A program made the position numbers and the translations under genes. A stretch of 64,000 nt of DNA. Origin: Octopus bimaculoides. Its lineage: Eukaryota. The stretch spans positions 3,094,717-3,158,716 of the forward strand of contig NC_068994.1 in assembly GCF_001194135.2 (NCBI RefSeq), written 5' to 3'. How positions within the stretch are numbered: the stretch's first letter is position 1; the number at the start of each line of letters is the position of its first letter. Below are positions 40,444-51,720 of the stretch, one piece after another. The notes below the pieces were generated by a model, which worked only from the letters and a program-made list of their open reading frames with translations, had not been told where the DNA came from and did not search any database.

Positions 40444-40625
40444 ATTCTTTTCTACACTAGGCACAAGGCCCAAAATTTGGGGGGAGGGGCCAGTCAATTA
40501 GATGCAACTGTACTTAATTTATCAACCCGAAAGGATGAAAGGCAAAGTGGACTTCAGTGGAATTTGAACTCAGAACACAAAGACAGACGAAATCCTGCTA
40601 AGCTTTTCTGCCAGCTCGCCACCCT
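40444..40625 (-). mobile_element. Family A SINE, inverted partner 1, in protocadherin-2 intron 1
   Basis: Reverse complement matches the family A head, core and tail. Confidence 0.85.
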
Positions 40626-40700
40626 CTTCTGTCATTCTGATTGAGAGGTAGGTGTGTGCGTATATGAAGGCTGTGAGCTGGCAGAGTTATTAGCATGATA

Positions 40701-40918
40701 AGGTGGCGAGTTGGCAGAAACATTATCATGCTGGGTGAAATGCTTAGTGGTATTTCATCTGTCTTTACATTCTGAGTTCAAATTCCTCCGAGGTCAACTT
40801 TGCTTTTCATCCTTTTGGGGTTGATAAATTAAATACCAGTTGCGTACTGGGGTCAATGTAATCGACTAGTCCCCTCCCACAAAATTTCAGGCCTTATGCC
40901 TATAATACAAAGGATTAT
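40701..40918 (+). mobile_element. Family A SINE, inverted partner 2, in protocadherin-2 intron 1
   Basis: ggtggcgagttggcagaa...ttctgagttcaaattcc...ggccttatgcctataatacaaaggattatt. Confidence 0.85.
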
Positions 40919-41289
40919 TGCACGCGTGCATGTGTGTATGAATGAATCTATATGTATAGTTGTATGTGTATTTATATCCTGTATGTGTGTCACATGTATC
41001 TCTGTGTATATTGTGATGTATCTATGCATGTCTGTATATGTGTACAAGTGTGCATACATGTGTATATGTTTGTGTGTATATCTGAATGTGTATGTATGTG
41101 TGTGTATCTGTCTTTGTGTATGCGTGTGTCTGTAGATGTGCAAGCATCTATGTGTTTGTATCTGCATGTGTGTGTGTGTGTGTGTACACCACCAATCTTT
41201 AGTGTAATTAAGCAAACCCTATTGCAATTCGACCCCTGTATATACTGTGACCCCTATATTCAAACTTTATCAAATCTTACTTCACCTAG

Positions 41290-41419
41290 ACCTGCGTACA
41301 AGAATTAGCCATTCCCCCTGGTGGCAGTGATGGAAACCAATTTAGTGTGAACACACTGGCAATTATGCCACCAGATCAAACAGTTCAATTGAATGGTACC
41401 GAGATCAGCTGTAACCCAG
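41290..41419 (+). CDS. PCDH: Predicted protocadherin-2 coding exon 2 (130 nt, phase 0 to 1)
   Basis: Acceptor tcttacttcacctAG|acc, an open frame TCVQELAIPPGGSDGNQFSVNTLAIMPPDQTVQLNGTEISCNP, and donor CAG|GTAGGC. The phase matches exon 1. Confidence 0.65.
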
Positions 41420-41858
41420 GTAGGCAGGTCTTCATTCCACACATGCATCCCCACATATTACTTAATGTAATGATGAAGATGAGGGTGATGGAGGACGATG
41501 GTGGTGGTGGTGGTGGTGGTGGTGGTGGTGGTGACGACGAAATACTGGGATTGGCATAATTGACTGAAAACAATTAAAGGTGGTGCCCCAGCATGACCAG
41601 AGCCCAGTATCTCAAACCAATAAAAACAAATAGATTGAGCTGTTAGAACATCAAATATGATACCTTGCAGTATTTGTTCTGACTCCCTCCATTCTGGGTT
41701 CAAATTCCACCAAGATCAGATTTGTTTTTCATCCCTTCAGAGTTAATAAAAAGGAGATCAATCGAAGGCAGAACAACTTCAAGACAGATACCTTGTGGTA
41801 TTTATTCAGATTCTTTGTATTTGGAGTTGAAATTCCATTTTGGCTGAATTCTTTCATT

Positions 41859-42272
41859 TTTATTCTTTTACTTGTTTCAGTCATTTGACGGTGACCATGC
41901 TGGAGCACCGCCTTTAGTCAAACAAATCGATCCCAGGACTTATTCTTCGTAAGCCTAGTACTTATTCTATCGGTCTTTTTTTTGCCAAACCGCTAAGTTA
42001 CGGGGGACATAAACACACCAGCATCGGTTGTCAAGCGATAGTGGGGGGACAAACACAGACACACAAACATATGCATATATATATATCAACCCATGCTAGC
42101 ATGGAAAGCGGACGTTAAACGATGATGATGATGATGATGATATACGACGGGCTTCTTTCAGTTTCCATCTACCAAATCCACTCACAAGAAGACACTTGCC
42201 CGAGGTGCCACGCAGTGGAACTGAACCCAGAACCATGTGGTCGGTAAGCAAGCTACTTACCACACAGCCACT
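41859..42272 (-). mobile_element. SINE family B (near full length)
   Basis: Minus 5' end agtggctgtgtggtaagtagcttgcttaccgaccacatggttctgggttcagttcc is a tRNA-like head, followed by a ggcacc.cgggcaagtgtcttct core. Confidence 0.85.
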
Positions 42273-42618
42273 TGATCCCTTTCCAGTTTAACATCATCGC
42301 CTGGCACGTTGGGTACCTTTGAAGGTATTTAGGTCAAGTTTTCAGTTGGAGGACACCTTCATGCCTCCCACCACTCTCAGAGACCCTGTAAAGAATCAAA
42401 GGGTGCTGGTCCTTACTTTATATTCTCCCCTTCAGGGTCCCCTACTTTGTCCCTTTAGTTTCATCAGTGTAGTTGTTGGTAAAGGAAAATTTCCCGCTGC
42501 TCACCTGTAATCTAGGGATCCACCTTACTGACAAAACAAACATCTGGGAGAAAAAGAAAAAAACACTTTCTAGTTTTCCGAACATGTAAAACCATGTTTT
42601 ATTTCTTTTATTTTACAG

Positions 42619-42965
42619 AACATTCTATCGTGCCTTACATTGATGAGAACCCAAGGGTCAGAGCTATGAAGATTCTGCACCGGGCTTTCAGCTGCCCAGA
42701 CGACCAAACCAATAATATCAGCTATCTTTACAAACTCCACCTGTCTCAGATCAGGGAACTGGTCATTTGCCAACCAAACCTAGTAAGAGGTCCAAGCATA
42801 ACTTTACATAATGAAAACCAAAGCATCGTCCCTCAGTCGAATGCTGAATCAGTCCAGTATTGCAGACAGAATCAGAAATTATACCGTATCCATTCTGTCA
42901 GGCAGAACACACAAAAGACTTGCTATAAGAAACATTGCAACACTTCCACAGAACAAAATGAATAA
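42619..42965 (+). CDS. PCDH: Predicted protocadherin-2 terminal coding exon 3 (phase 1 start)
   Basis: Strong acceptor ttttatttcttttattttacAG|aa. G+AA makes Glu in the frame of the 42594 ORF, which stays open to TAA at 42963-42965; AATAAA at 42961-42966 overlaps the stop. Confidence 0.65.
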
Positions 42966-43957
42966 ACGACACAAATATTCTGAAATTTTACTTTGTTTTT
43001 CAAGTGTGTGTGGTCTGGTGATTTAAATGTTGAGCTTATGATCATTGGGTTATAGGTTCAATACCTGCACCAGGCAGCACATTGTGTCCTTTTGCAAGGT
43101 AGTTCATTTCACATTGCTCCAGTTGACTTCAACTGAAAATGAGTTGCAGTGGTAGCTGGGGCTAAACCCTGTGACAGACTTGTGTCCCATTTAATGAGGA
43201 GTCATGTTTTCTTAGTTAAATACCTGCTGTGTTTGTTACACTAAAAGGAAAACTTTACATTTGGGGTCCTGCCTCATTTTGCACTGCAACTGTATCCCTG
43301 TTTTAGCATCAGTTCTGATTTGATCAACCACTATTAATTACTTGTAGACAATCACCATTGCCACTTGCTGGAAAGAGTACCAACATTGAGGGTCAAAGGC
43401 CCAATGACTGCAGGAGCTAACGTTCTGCAACAGAGGCATCCTGACATCAAAGACAATGATGATAGGAAATTAATCGATTGAGTTAGGGTTGCTGAATGAT
43501 ACTAGCATCTTGTTAAGTATTGAACACTGTTAAAACTGTTATTGGTCTTAAGAGCAACACTCGAACATACATACATTCGGCCTGTGAAGTGATTCCCGAT
43601 AACAGTTTGGATTGCTCCAGCTGGTACAGATATCATATGTCTCACTTTCTACCTCACTATCTTCACTCACTTGCTACTCTATTACTTATCTTTGTTTTCT
43701 TTGTGTGCAGAAAGACTTCCATGACCATCACAAGTGAAACAATGGGGCAGCTACCAGTTAATGCTACCAGCTTCAAGTGTTAGCCTCTGCTGCATTTGAA
43801 GGGGGAAAAATCAAATATTAAAATTCTTTTTAGTAATATTTTCTCAGTCAGAAATACGTGTCCGGCTGAGTTCTAATTAATTATCTCCCTTGGATCATTT
43901 CACTTTCTGAGATGAAATTACATCTATGAAAGGCCGGACTCTTGCGATCATATACGT

Positions 43958-44366
43958 ATATTGGTTTCATATTTTGGCACAAGGCAAGCAGGTTTGAGGG
44001 AAGGGCTAAATCGATTACATCGACTCCAGTACTTCACTAGTACTTATTTTATCGACCCCGAACGGATGAAAGGCATAGTGGAGACCGGCAGAATTTTAAC
44101 TCAGAACGTATAGAGGGAAGAAATACCTCTAAGCATTTTGCTCTGCATGTTAACGTTTCTTTTCTACTCTAGGCCCGAAATTTTATGGGGCGAGGGACCA
44201 GTCGATTAGATCGACCCAGTACACAACTGGTATTTAATTTGTCGACCCCGAAAGGATGAAAGGCAAAGTCGACCTCAGCGGAATTTGAACTCAGAACGTA
44301 ACGGCAGCTGAAATACCGCTAAGCATTTCGCCCGGCGTGCTAGCGTTTCTGCCAGCTCGCCGCCCT
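43958..44366 (-). mobile_element. Two tandem family A SINEs; the second retains many CpGs
   Basis: Two tcgaccccgaa(c/a)ggatgaaaggc cores at about 44052 and 44243. Confidence 0.85.
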
Positions 44367-44858
44367 TGCTACTGCAATCATATTGAAAACAAAAACCAAC
44401 ACCGACTATATATGCATGGCATAACTACAGGGTTTTAGTACTGAATAATCCTTTAGTTTAATGCAAAATTGTTCTTAATGTAAGTGGACACTAAAACGTA
44501 TTTATGTTAAACGCAGTAAAATAAAACATTTGTTGTACCTTAAAAAGCAATGACCCATTGTAGTTGCAAACGAAACTTTCTTTTAACGCCAGTTTCTTTT
44601 TTTACAACAAAATGTTTTAACAACATTTTTTATAAGAAGAGAGAAATAACATTAAAAGATCGATTTATCAAGGAGGTAAATCCATAACTACCAAAAAAAG
44701 AAAAAAAGAATTAAACAGAAGAGGTGGGGACACAATGTATATGGAGAGGCAGATAGACAGACAGGCAGATGGATGGTTCGATCGATCAATCAATCAAACC
44801 AGGAAGTTGGAAATTTTCTGTATTCACCATTAAACACATTTCATTTGCTAATAGGAAT

Positions 44859-45110
44859 TACATGCTGTCCCAAATGTCACTGATAGGTTTCAATTTTTAA
44901 TAACTTTCTTAACTTTACAAATAAATGTATGAAATTTTGATACAATGTAAAAGACATAATGGAAATTAATATGCACAACTCAAATTTTGCAACACCACTA
45001 CATCACATGAAAAATATTTGCAGTATTTTCAATTCTAATGCACACTTCACACACTGGATTGCAAACTCATCAAATGCAGCTCCGTTGTCGCCAAGTGACT
45101 ACTTCCATTT
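44859..45110. mobile_element. Possible Tc1/mariner-type terminal remnant
   Basis: TA|catgctgtcccaaatgtcactgataggtttcaatttttaataac resembles Tc1/maT TIR starts; no partner TIR was found. Confidence 0.3.
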
Positions 45111-45436
45111 TGCTTGGGGTTTCTTGCTTTTATAACTATCCAGAAGGATAGACATATCATTGAGAACAACAGATTTCGTTGGTGGCCTTGTTACCTCTGT
45201 TCTAGCTTTTGGTGGAGTGGAAGAGGCTAGAAAGGGTCAAGTGGTGAAGACATTATTTCGGCCTAGCTAAAGGCATCTGGAAAATGGAAAACTGTTGTCA
45301 CAGAAAAACCATTGTTCCACCGTGGAAAAAGTTCTGTTGCTGAGTTAATTTAAATTTCGCTATGGTGGATCGAATCCATTTCATGCATGCACGATCCACT
45401 ACAGATATTATATCAATGAAAAATTGAAGTCGATGT

Positions 45437-46135
45437 TTAGGCAAAATATTCAGCTTCTTGTTCAGCGATGGCCTTGTCTAAATTGCACTTCACTTTCTCG
45501 ATATCAACTTTACACTCACAATATTCACTGAGAGCAAATATCAGCTCGGGACACAGATCCTTTAGGCGCACTTGATTGGGCACGAGATTAATAAAAACAT
45601 AGCATTTCTTATCCAGTGTGGTTTTTTGAGCTTCAATTTTAGCATCCGATGCATCCGACTTTAGGTGTTTGGCAACTAATTTCCACGAATCGTCATCACT
45701 TATATGTTCCAAAATATTTTTTAAAACAGTGAAGTTCATATCTTTGATTTCTTCTGCTTTCTCAATAAGGTCAGCTAGGTCTTTGTTGTAAGGAATACAC
45801 TGATCTGGAAAATACATTTTAATATACCTGTCCATAACAGATTCAACTCTTTTTTTGTATTTCTCTTCAACTTCGTCATCGAAAAACTTCACAAGACATT
45901 CAATAATTGTTTCGATGCTTCGTTTTTCATTTGGGGGAGGTAAGGATTTCTCATAATAATAAAGCGGTAACATCGTAACATCATGACAAAACTCTTCAAA
46001 TACTTGCATATCTTGCAAATTTCTCTCACTTTTTTCCATTTTCATCTTCCATTTCTGCTTTTCATCTTCCAAATATTTATATTTTACCTGATTAAGTTTA
46101 TTCTGGAAATTACGATTTCTCTTTCGCTTGCTCAT
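45437..46135 (-). CDS. Orphan 232-aa protein: basic N-terminus (KRKR), charged helical middle, possible death-fold C-terminus
   Basis: A 699-bp non-repetitive ORF in AT-rich DNA with a caacaATG context. ILEHISDDDSWKLVAKHL...SDAKIE...LIFAL...VDIEKV resembles death-domain helix spacing (inference). Confidence 0.7.
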   Translation of the reverse strand: MSKRKRNRNFQNKLNQVKYKYLEDEKQKWKMKMEKSERNLQDMQVFEEFCHDVTMLPLYYYEKSLPPPNEKRSIETIIECLVKFFDDEVEEKYKKRVESVMDRYIKMYFPDQCIPYNKDLADLIEKAEEIKDMNFTVLKNILEHISDDDSWKLVAKHLKSDASDAKIEAQKTTLDKKCYVFINLVPNQVRLKDLCPELIFALSEYCECKVDIEKVKCNLDKAIAEQEAEYFA

Positions 46136-46200
46136 TGTTGCGAAGACCCGAAAAACTACGTCTAGGAAACTAGGAAGTAAAACTTTTTAAAATATATATT

Positions 46201-46745
46201 AAAAAACGAATCGGAAACGATGAAGACGAAACGTATTTACTTTGTGTATGAAGTTCTCTTGTGTTTTAATAACCAGACGTTTTACTATCGCAACCACCCA
46301 ACTAGGAAATAAAATACTAAGTAAAAGTTTTTTTAAAAAACGAATCGGAAACGATGAAGAAGAAACGTATTTACTTTGTGTATGAAGTTCTCTTGTGTTT
46401 TAATAACCAGACGTTTTACTATCGCAACCACCCAACTAGGAAATAAAATACTAAGTAAAAGTTTTTTAAAAAATGAATCGGAAACGATGAAGACGAAACG
46501 TATTTACTTTGTCTATGAAGTTCTCTTGTGTTTTAATAACCAGACGTTTTACTATCGCAACCACCCAACTAGGAAATAAAATACAAAGTAAAAGTTTTTT
46601 AAAAAATGAATCGGAAACGATGAAGACGAAACGTATTTACTTTGTGTATGAAGTTCTCTTGTGTTTTAATAACCAGACGTTTTACTGTCGCAACCACCCA
46701 ACTAGGAAATAAACTACAAAATAAAAGTTTAAAAAAAAAAACGAA
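46201..46745. repeat. Tandem array of four nearly identical 133-134-bp units
   Basis: gaatcggaaacg starts at 46208, 46342, 46475 and 46608, with a partial at 46743; only a few substitutions between units. Confidence 0.95.
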
Positions 46746-47924
46746 TTAATATAATTCTCGGTAGTATATTAAATGGCTGATTTGTTACTGTTGCCTTGAC
46801 ATTAAATAACAAGATATTTTATTTTTATATCTTCAATATATTTTCCTAATTTTACCTGTTTTCTTTCTTTTCCAATTGAAACATTATTTGGAGAGAGTTG
46901 TGATTACCTTGAATGCATCTGCTTAATAATAAGTATTGTCTGAATAGGAGCAAATAGTCATACAGGAGAGAAACTTCTTTGTCTTTTATCATCACAGTTT
47001 TGTATAAAAGGTTGGCGTTTAGCACACTGTAGGTGCATCATGTCACCATATAAGTTTGCTCCCCTGTAGTAACAGGACAGTGATGGGGGAAACATTTCTA
47101 TAGAAAATGCAATGTACTAAAGATTAAAAGGAACCCAGTACATTCTACAGCCCCCAGTATAAGGGAAATAGGAAAATCAAGAAGGCAATGGTTGAAAAAC
47201 ATGTAAGAATGTGTTTAGTGAAGCAACAATTGTAAATAAGTGATATGAAACCCTTGGTCCTGACAACCTCAGTCATATTTGTTGGAGTTAAATTTCATTA
47301 TCATTATATGTCTGTCCTCCATGCATCTATTAAACAGGTCTCCTCTCATAAAATGTATTACTACTTATAGTCTTTTGTCACCACTTTCATGTGGTCAGCC
47401 TGCATCACTTCTTCCTAATCCACAATCTAGGTGGAAATCATAAAGTCTCAAATCCAACGGTATTCTTCCTCTGAATCTGCCCATTCCTAAAGCTTACCTT
47501 GACTTCTTCTATTCCTCTTTACTTTGGCCCTCATTTCTACCCCATGCAACAGAAGCCACCGAAGGTCCTTGCTGACTGCAGAGAAAATAATGAAACAATA
47601 ACAAGAAATGAAATGTAAAAACAAAGGAAAAGACAAATGATTTCTGAGAAACAATTTTTATATGGAAAACAAAATTTATAACAAATTTTCATTGGAAGAG
47701 AAAAATATTGTCTTCTTTGTGAGTTGTGCAGTGATAAGAAGGGAAAGTTTATGAAAACTTTAATTTCCATTTGCTAAATTATTTATTGATGTTGTAGATA
47801 GACAGAACACTGGTTGTATTGATGTAAAGATGAAGATAAAGAGAAAAAGATTCAGTCTCACCCACATTGGCATCTATTCAAAATTAATTCCCTCTCTCTC
47901 TCTCTTTCGGAGAGGCACACACGG

Positions 47925-48063
47925 CAGTAACTTCCGCCTACCAAATTCAATCAAAGCTTCGGTCGGCAGCAGAAGACACTTGCCCAAGGTGCCATGCGGT
48001 GTGACTGAACCTGAAACCATGTAGCTGGGAAGCAAGCTTCCTAACCACACAGCCATGCCCATG

Positions 48064-48065
<2 letters not shown>
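47925..48065 (-). mobile_element. SINE family B 5' fragment (older copies at about 48880-49027, 52445-52590, and on + at about 34480-34635)
   Basis: agaagacacttgcccaaggtgccatgc...aagcaagcttcctaaccacacagcca. Confidence 0.75.
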
Positions 48066-48099
<34 letters not shown>

Positions 48100-50249
48100 C
48101 TGTAAGAAAGTTGGATCATAAACAACATTGTTATGTCTTTAATAATGGGAGAAGTATTATAATAACAACAGGTGGGGTATTATGCTCCAAAGTAACAGTA
48201 CAAAGACAGTTCATGAGAGTCAGTCAGATATTTCCATAAAACAGGTATCGTAGATCAGTGAATTCAAAAACATTATCAATAAAGAAAGAATTCAATACAA
48301 CAGTATTGTGTAACCAGACAGCTGTCATTAAGAAGGAAGCTGTTGCTGTATGGTTGGCAAAACATAAGCTCATAAGCAATTCTATTCAATGTCCCACTTC
48401 TAGGTACCAGTGAAATATTGGAAATGTAGTGGTTACAATTTTAGTCAAGTGAGAGACATACATCTTGTCTTTATTTTATAAGTGCAAATCACAACTGGAT
48501 CTCATGCTGTTTATATAGAAAGATGTGGTCAATGAATCAATCAGATGTTGGGTCAGTACAGTGACCTTTCACACAGTAACATGAAAAACAAATTAATCAA
48601 AAATAGGTACTGTGGATATAAACATCCTGTTTGTCAATTTTGAAAAGGATGTTTTTAATGGTTTAACCAAAGGACAATGGATGGTTGCCACCCTTTTTAG
48701 AACCTTTGAAACTAATGGGCGAAGGGAGGAAAGTATCCACAGACCTTAGATTTGGTTTGTTTGTATGAAATAGAGTGGATGTCCCTGAAGATACCCAAGG
48801 ACCAGATGGTACTGTTAAACTAAGCTATGTGTGAACTCTACCATCTAAAGACAGGAATGGTCCTATTAAGGGCAAGCCACCAGTTTCTATTTACCAAATT
48901 TCGTTCACAAGGCTTTGGTCAACCCAAAGTTATGGTAGAACACAACTAAGACATCACATGATGGGATTGAACCTAAAACCAAGTAATCAGAAAGTGAACT
49001 TCTTAACCACACAGTCACATCCATACCCTTTCACTGCTGGGTACAAGGTTGTAGTGGGTACAATTGAAAAACATTTAACTGAGATATCAAACATGGGAGT
49101 CTGTATGTCTCCAGTCAAGAAGATCAAATTCATTTTTGAATTAATAATTGTGCTCCAGCAGGGTACAACGCGTTTCTGTAGTCCCAACAATGACAATATC
49201 CTCACACACAACTTAGAAATGGCTTATAAAAAATACCACATCAGTGGTACAAGTGAAACAGAGTTGATATGTAGAGGAGTTTCTCTCAAAATGACAGACA
49301 ATATTTTCCAACATCTTAACTGTTCTTAATTCGAATATTTGTACCACAAATTATTGGCATTTTAATGTAAATTTTATTTTTTTGCCAATCTGTCATTTAT
49401 TGTAAGTAATAAATTAATAAATTCACTTCATGTTTTAAAGAATTAGTTATTTGGACGTTTTTACTTTATATATGCCAGTAAGAAAATACAGGTCTTTCCA
49501 AATTGCAGGATGGTGCCAACACTGTCAAGAGGATTAATATATGACATTTGCATACACACACCAAAAAACATACATCTATATACACAAACACCTACACAAT
49601 GAGATTTTCTCTTAGCTCAGCTTAAACAAGAAAGACAAGACTTCCCATCACACATGTTGCTGATAACAAACTTTAATTCCAAACCAGAAAAATATCAAAC
49701 CATTTGACATCGTTAAGGATTTGAAGCTAAAAGTGAAAATAGAAGGCTAAGTTTTCAAGTATTCTCGGGTAATAACAAACTAAACCCATAGTTGTTATTC
49801 TGTTTGTTACACTACAATATGTATGATGTTATTAAATATGTACTAAGGTCTACACTTGTCCAAAGTTTCAAAGAATTCATTAAAAACATTAGGGTTACCT
49901 TAGTACAAATTTAAGATGTCCTATTTTGTACAGAATCATGTTAGTCAACCCAGAGAACATGAAGCGTGTTTGTGTACAAAATGGGTTGGTTGCACCAAAC
50001 AACAGGGATGAATGATATATGAATAGTGTTATCCACACCCAGAGACAGCCATTAAATAGCCACAAGTAGTACAAAGAAAGTAGCCATGTGAGGAAATCTC
50101 CCATATAGTCTTTCATCAGTCTAAACTGCATGGCTTCCACATGTAGCTGTTCCATTTGGGGACAAACATGTCTCAGCACAAGATGAACCCCAAAGGGGCA
50201 AGATTGAAGGTTAATGGATGTGTATAACATACTGTACCACTCACTAAGC

Positions 50250-51720
50250 GCAAACCTTTCTAAGGACCACATGGATGAGAAGAGGCTGGTCATCTCATAT
50301 GTGCAATATACCTTGGTGTAACAAATACTGTTTTTTCAGAAAAAGGCCAACAATCAGGATGGACAAGTAAGACTACAGCCAGGGTAGAGAAGCAGTCAAC
50401 AAATGAATAGTTACACTGAAGGTATCCTAGGGCCAGAGAGGGTGGGGTTGAATCAGGCAAGAGATTAAAATGGCCTGAGCAACATTCTCACTCCAGGAAG
50501 TGCAATGAATCTGTGGGTTAAATGTCATCATTGAAAGCTAAAAGTGAAGAACTTTAAGAGGACGTTAAAGGCTTAAAGTGAGATTGGAGTGAGAAGAGAG
50601 AAACTTTTGGACATTGTGTAGAACTGGGAAATGAAAGTCACACTGGAAACAAATTTCCCTTAAGAAACTGTCCAAGAATTGAACAGAAATCAAAGACATG
50701 AATGAGAGATTTGCAAAAGTGACAGGGAAGCTTAACACCAGATATAGTATGAACATAGTATCCATATTTATGTACCAATGACACCAGACAATAAACAGAA
50801 AGTTGATGAACTGTATGAGGACAACATCACAGATCAAAATGAGACAAGATCATAATTGGACACTTTAACAGACAAGTTGGAAATCAAATGACGATAGAGA
50901 GTAACAGAAGCTTGAAAAAGTACAACAAAAGCTGATCTCAGAGACAAACAAAATTAGAAATCAGGGGAAAATTATGAGAAAACTGAAGGAATTTTAGAGA
51001 AATTTGTCGGGTCATGAAAAAGATATAACCCCTGTCTGCAATCATCAACAGAGAAGGGAAACATATAGTCAAATAGGTGACAAAAGAAAATACCTGAGGA
51101 CATGACAATATTATAATTGATAATACCATTGATGGAGATGAAGATATAACCTGATACCTTGGCCAAAAAGCACAACATGTGTCAACAATGAGAAAATAAC
51201 AGAACAATGGAGAGAAAAAAAAATAAGGATTAAGCAAGTAAAACAAGGGAGATAACCACGACCTAGAAGCTCAACTGGCCAATAAATGTGTCAATTAGAG
51301 AGCAGTGAAAATAATAGAGAAGACTGTGAATAACAAATTGCCATAGGAGTAGGCAGGCTTTGGAAGTGGTTTCTACAACTTACACAGCATCAACAAACTG
51401 ACTGAACATAATTCTGTACAATTTATCACTGTACTGAACTGATAGGAAGACTAAGCTGTGAAAGACATTTACATTTGCCCAGAGAAAGTTATCTCCATAG
51501 CAGCAGGAATATCAACAGACGAGGCAGAAGGAGTGATAACATTCAGATAAAGAAAGGTATGAACCAAGGTGATACCACATCACCCAAACTTTTCACAACA
51601 TTGGAAAACATTTTCAGAAAGTTAGACTGGGAGAAGCAAAGAATAAATATCAATGGGAACATCCCACATTATCTCAGATTTGCTGATATCATACAGATAT
51701 CAGATAGTCTGTAGGATACA
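50250..51720 (+). mobile_element. Degraded RTE-clade LINE (endonuclease and RT remnants)
   Basis: NT.F(F)QKRPT-like motif at about 50325, E*AGFGSGF at about 51350, and KKGMNQGDTTSPKLFTTLENIFRKLDW...YLRFAD at 51550-51690. Confidence 0.8.

Noticed and set aside
40701-40918. SINE heads as tRNA genes (here and in other family A/B copies)
   Set aside because: No complete cloverleaf; the heads are fused to SINE cores and are multi-copy.
46201-46745. 133-bp array as a CRISPR array or as coding sequence (ORFs 46376 and 46509)
   Set aside because: The units are wholly repeated with no unique spacers; the ORFs start at non-ATG codons and simply track the repeat.
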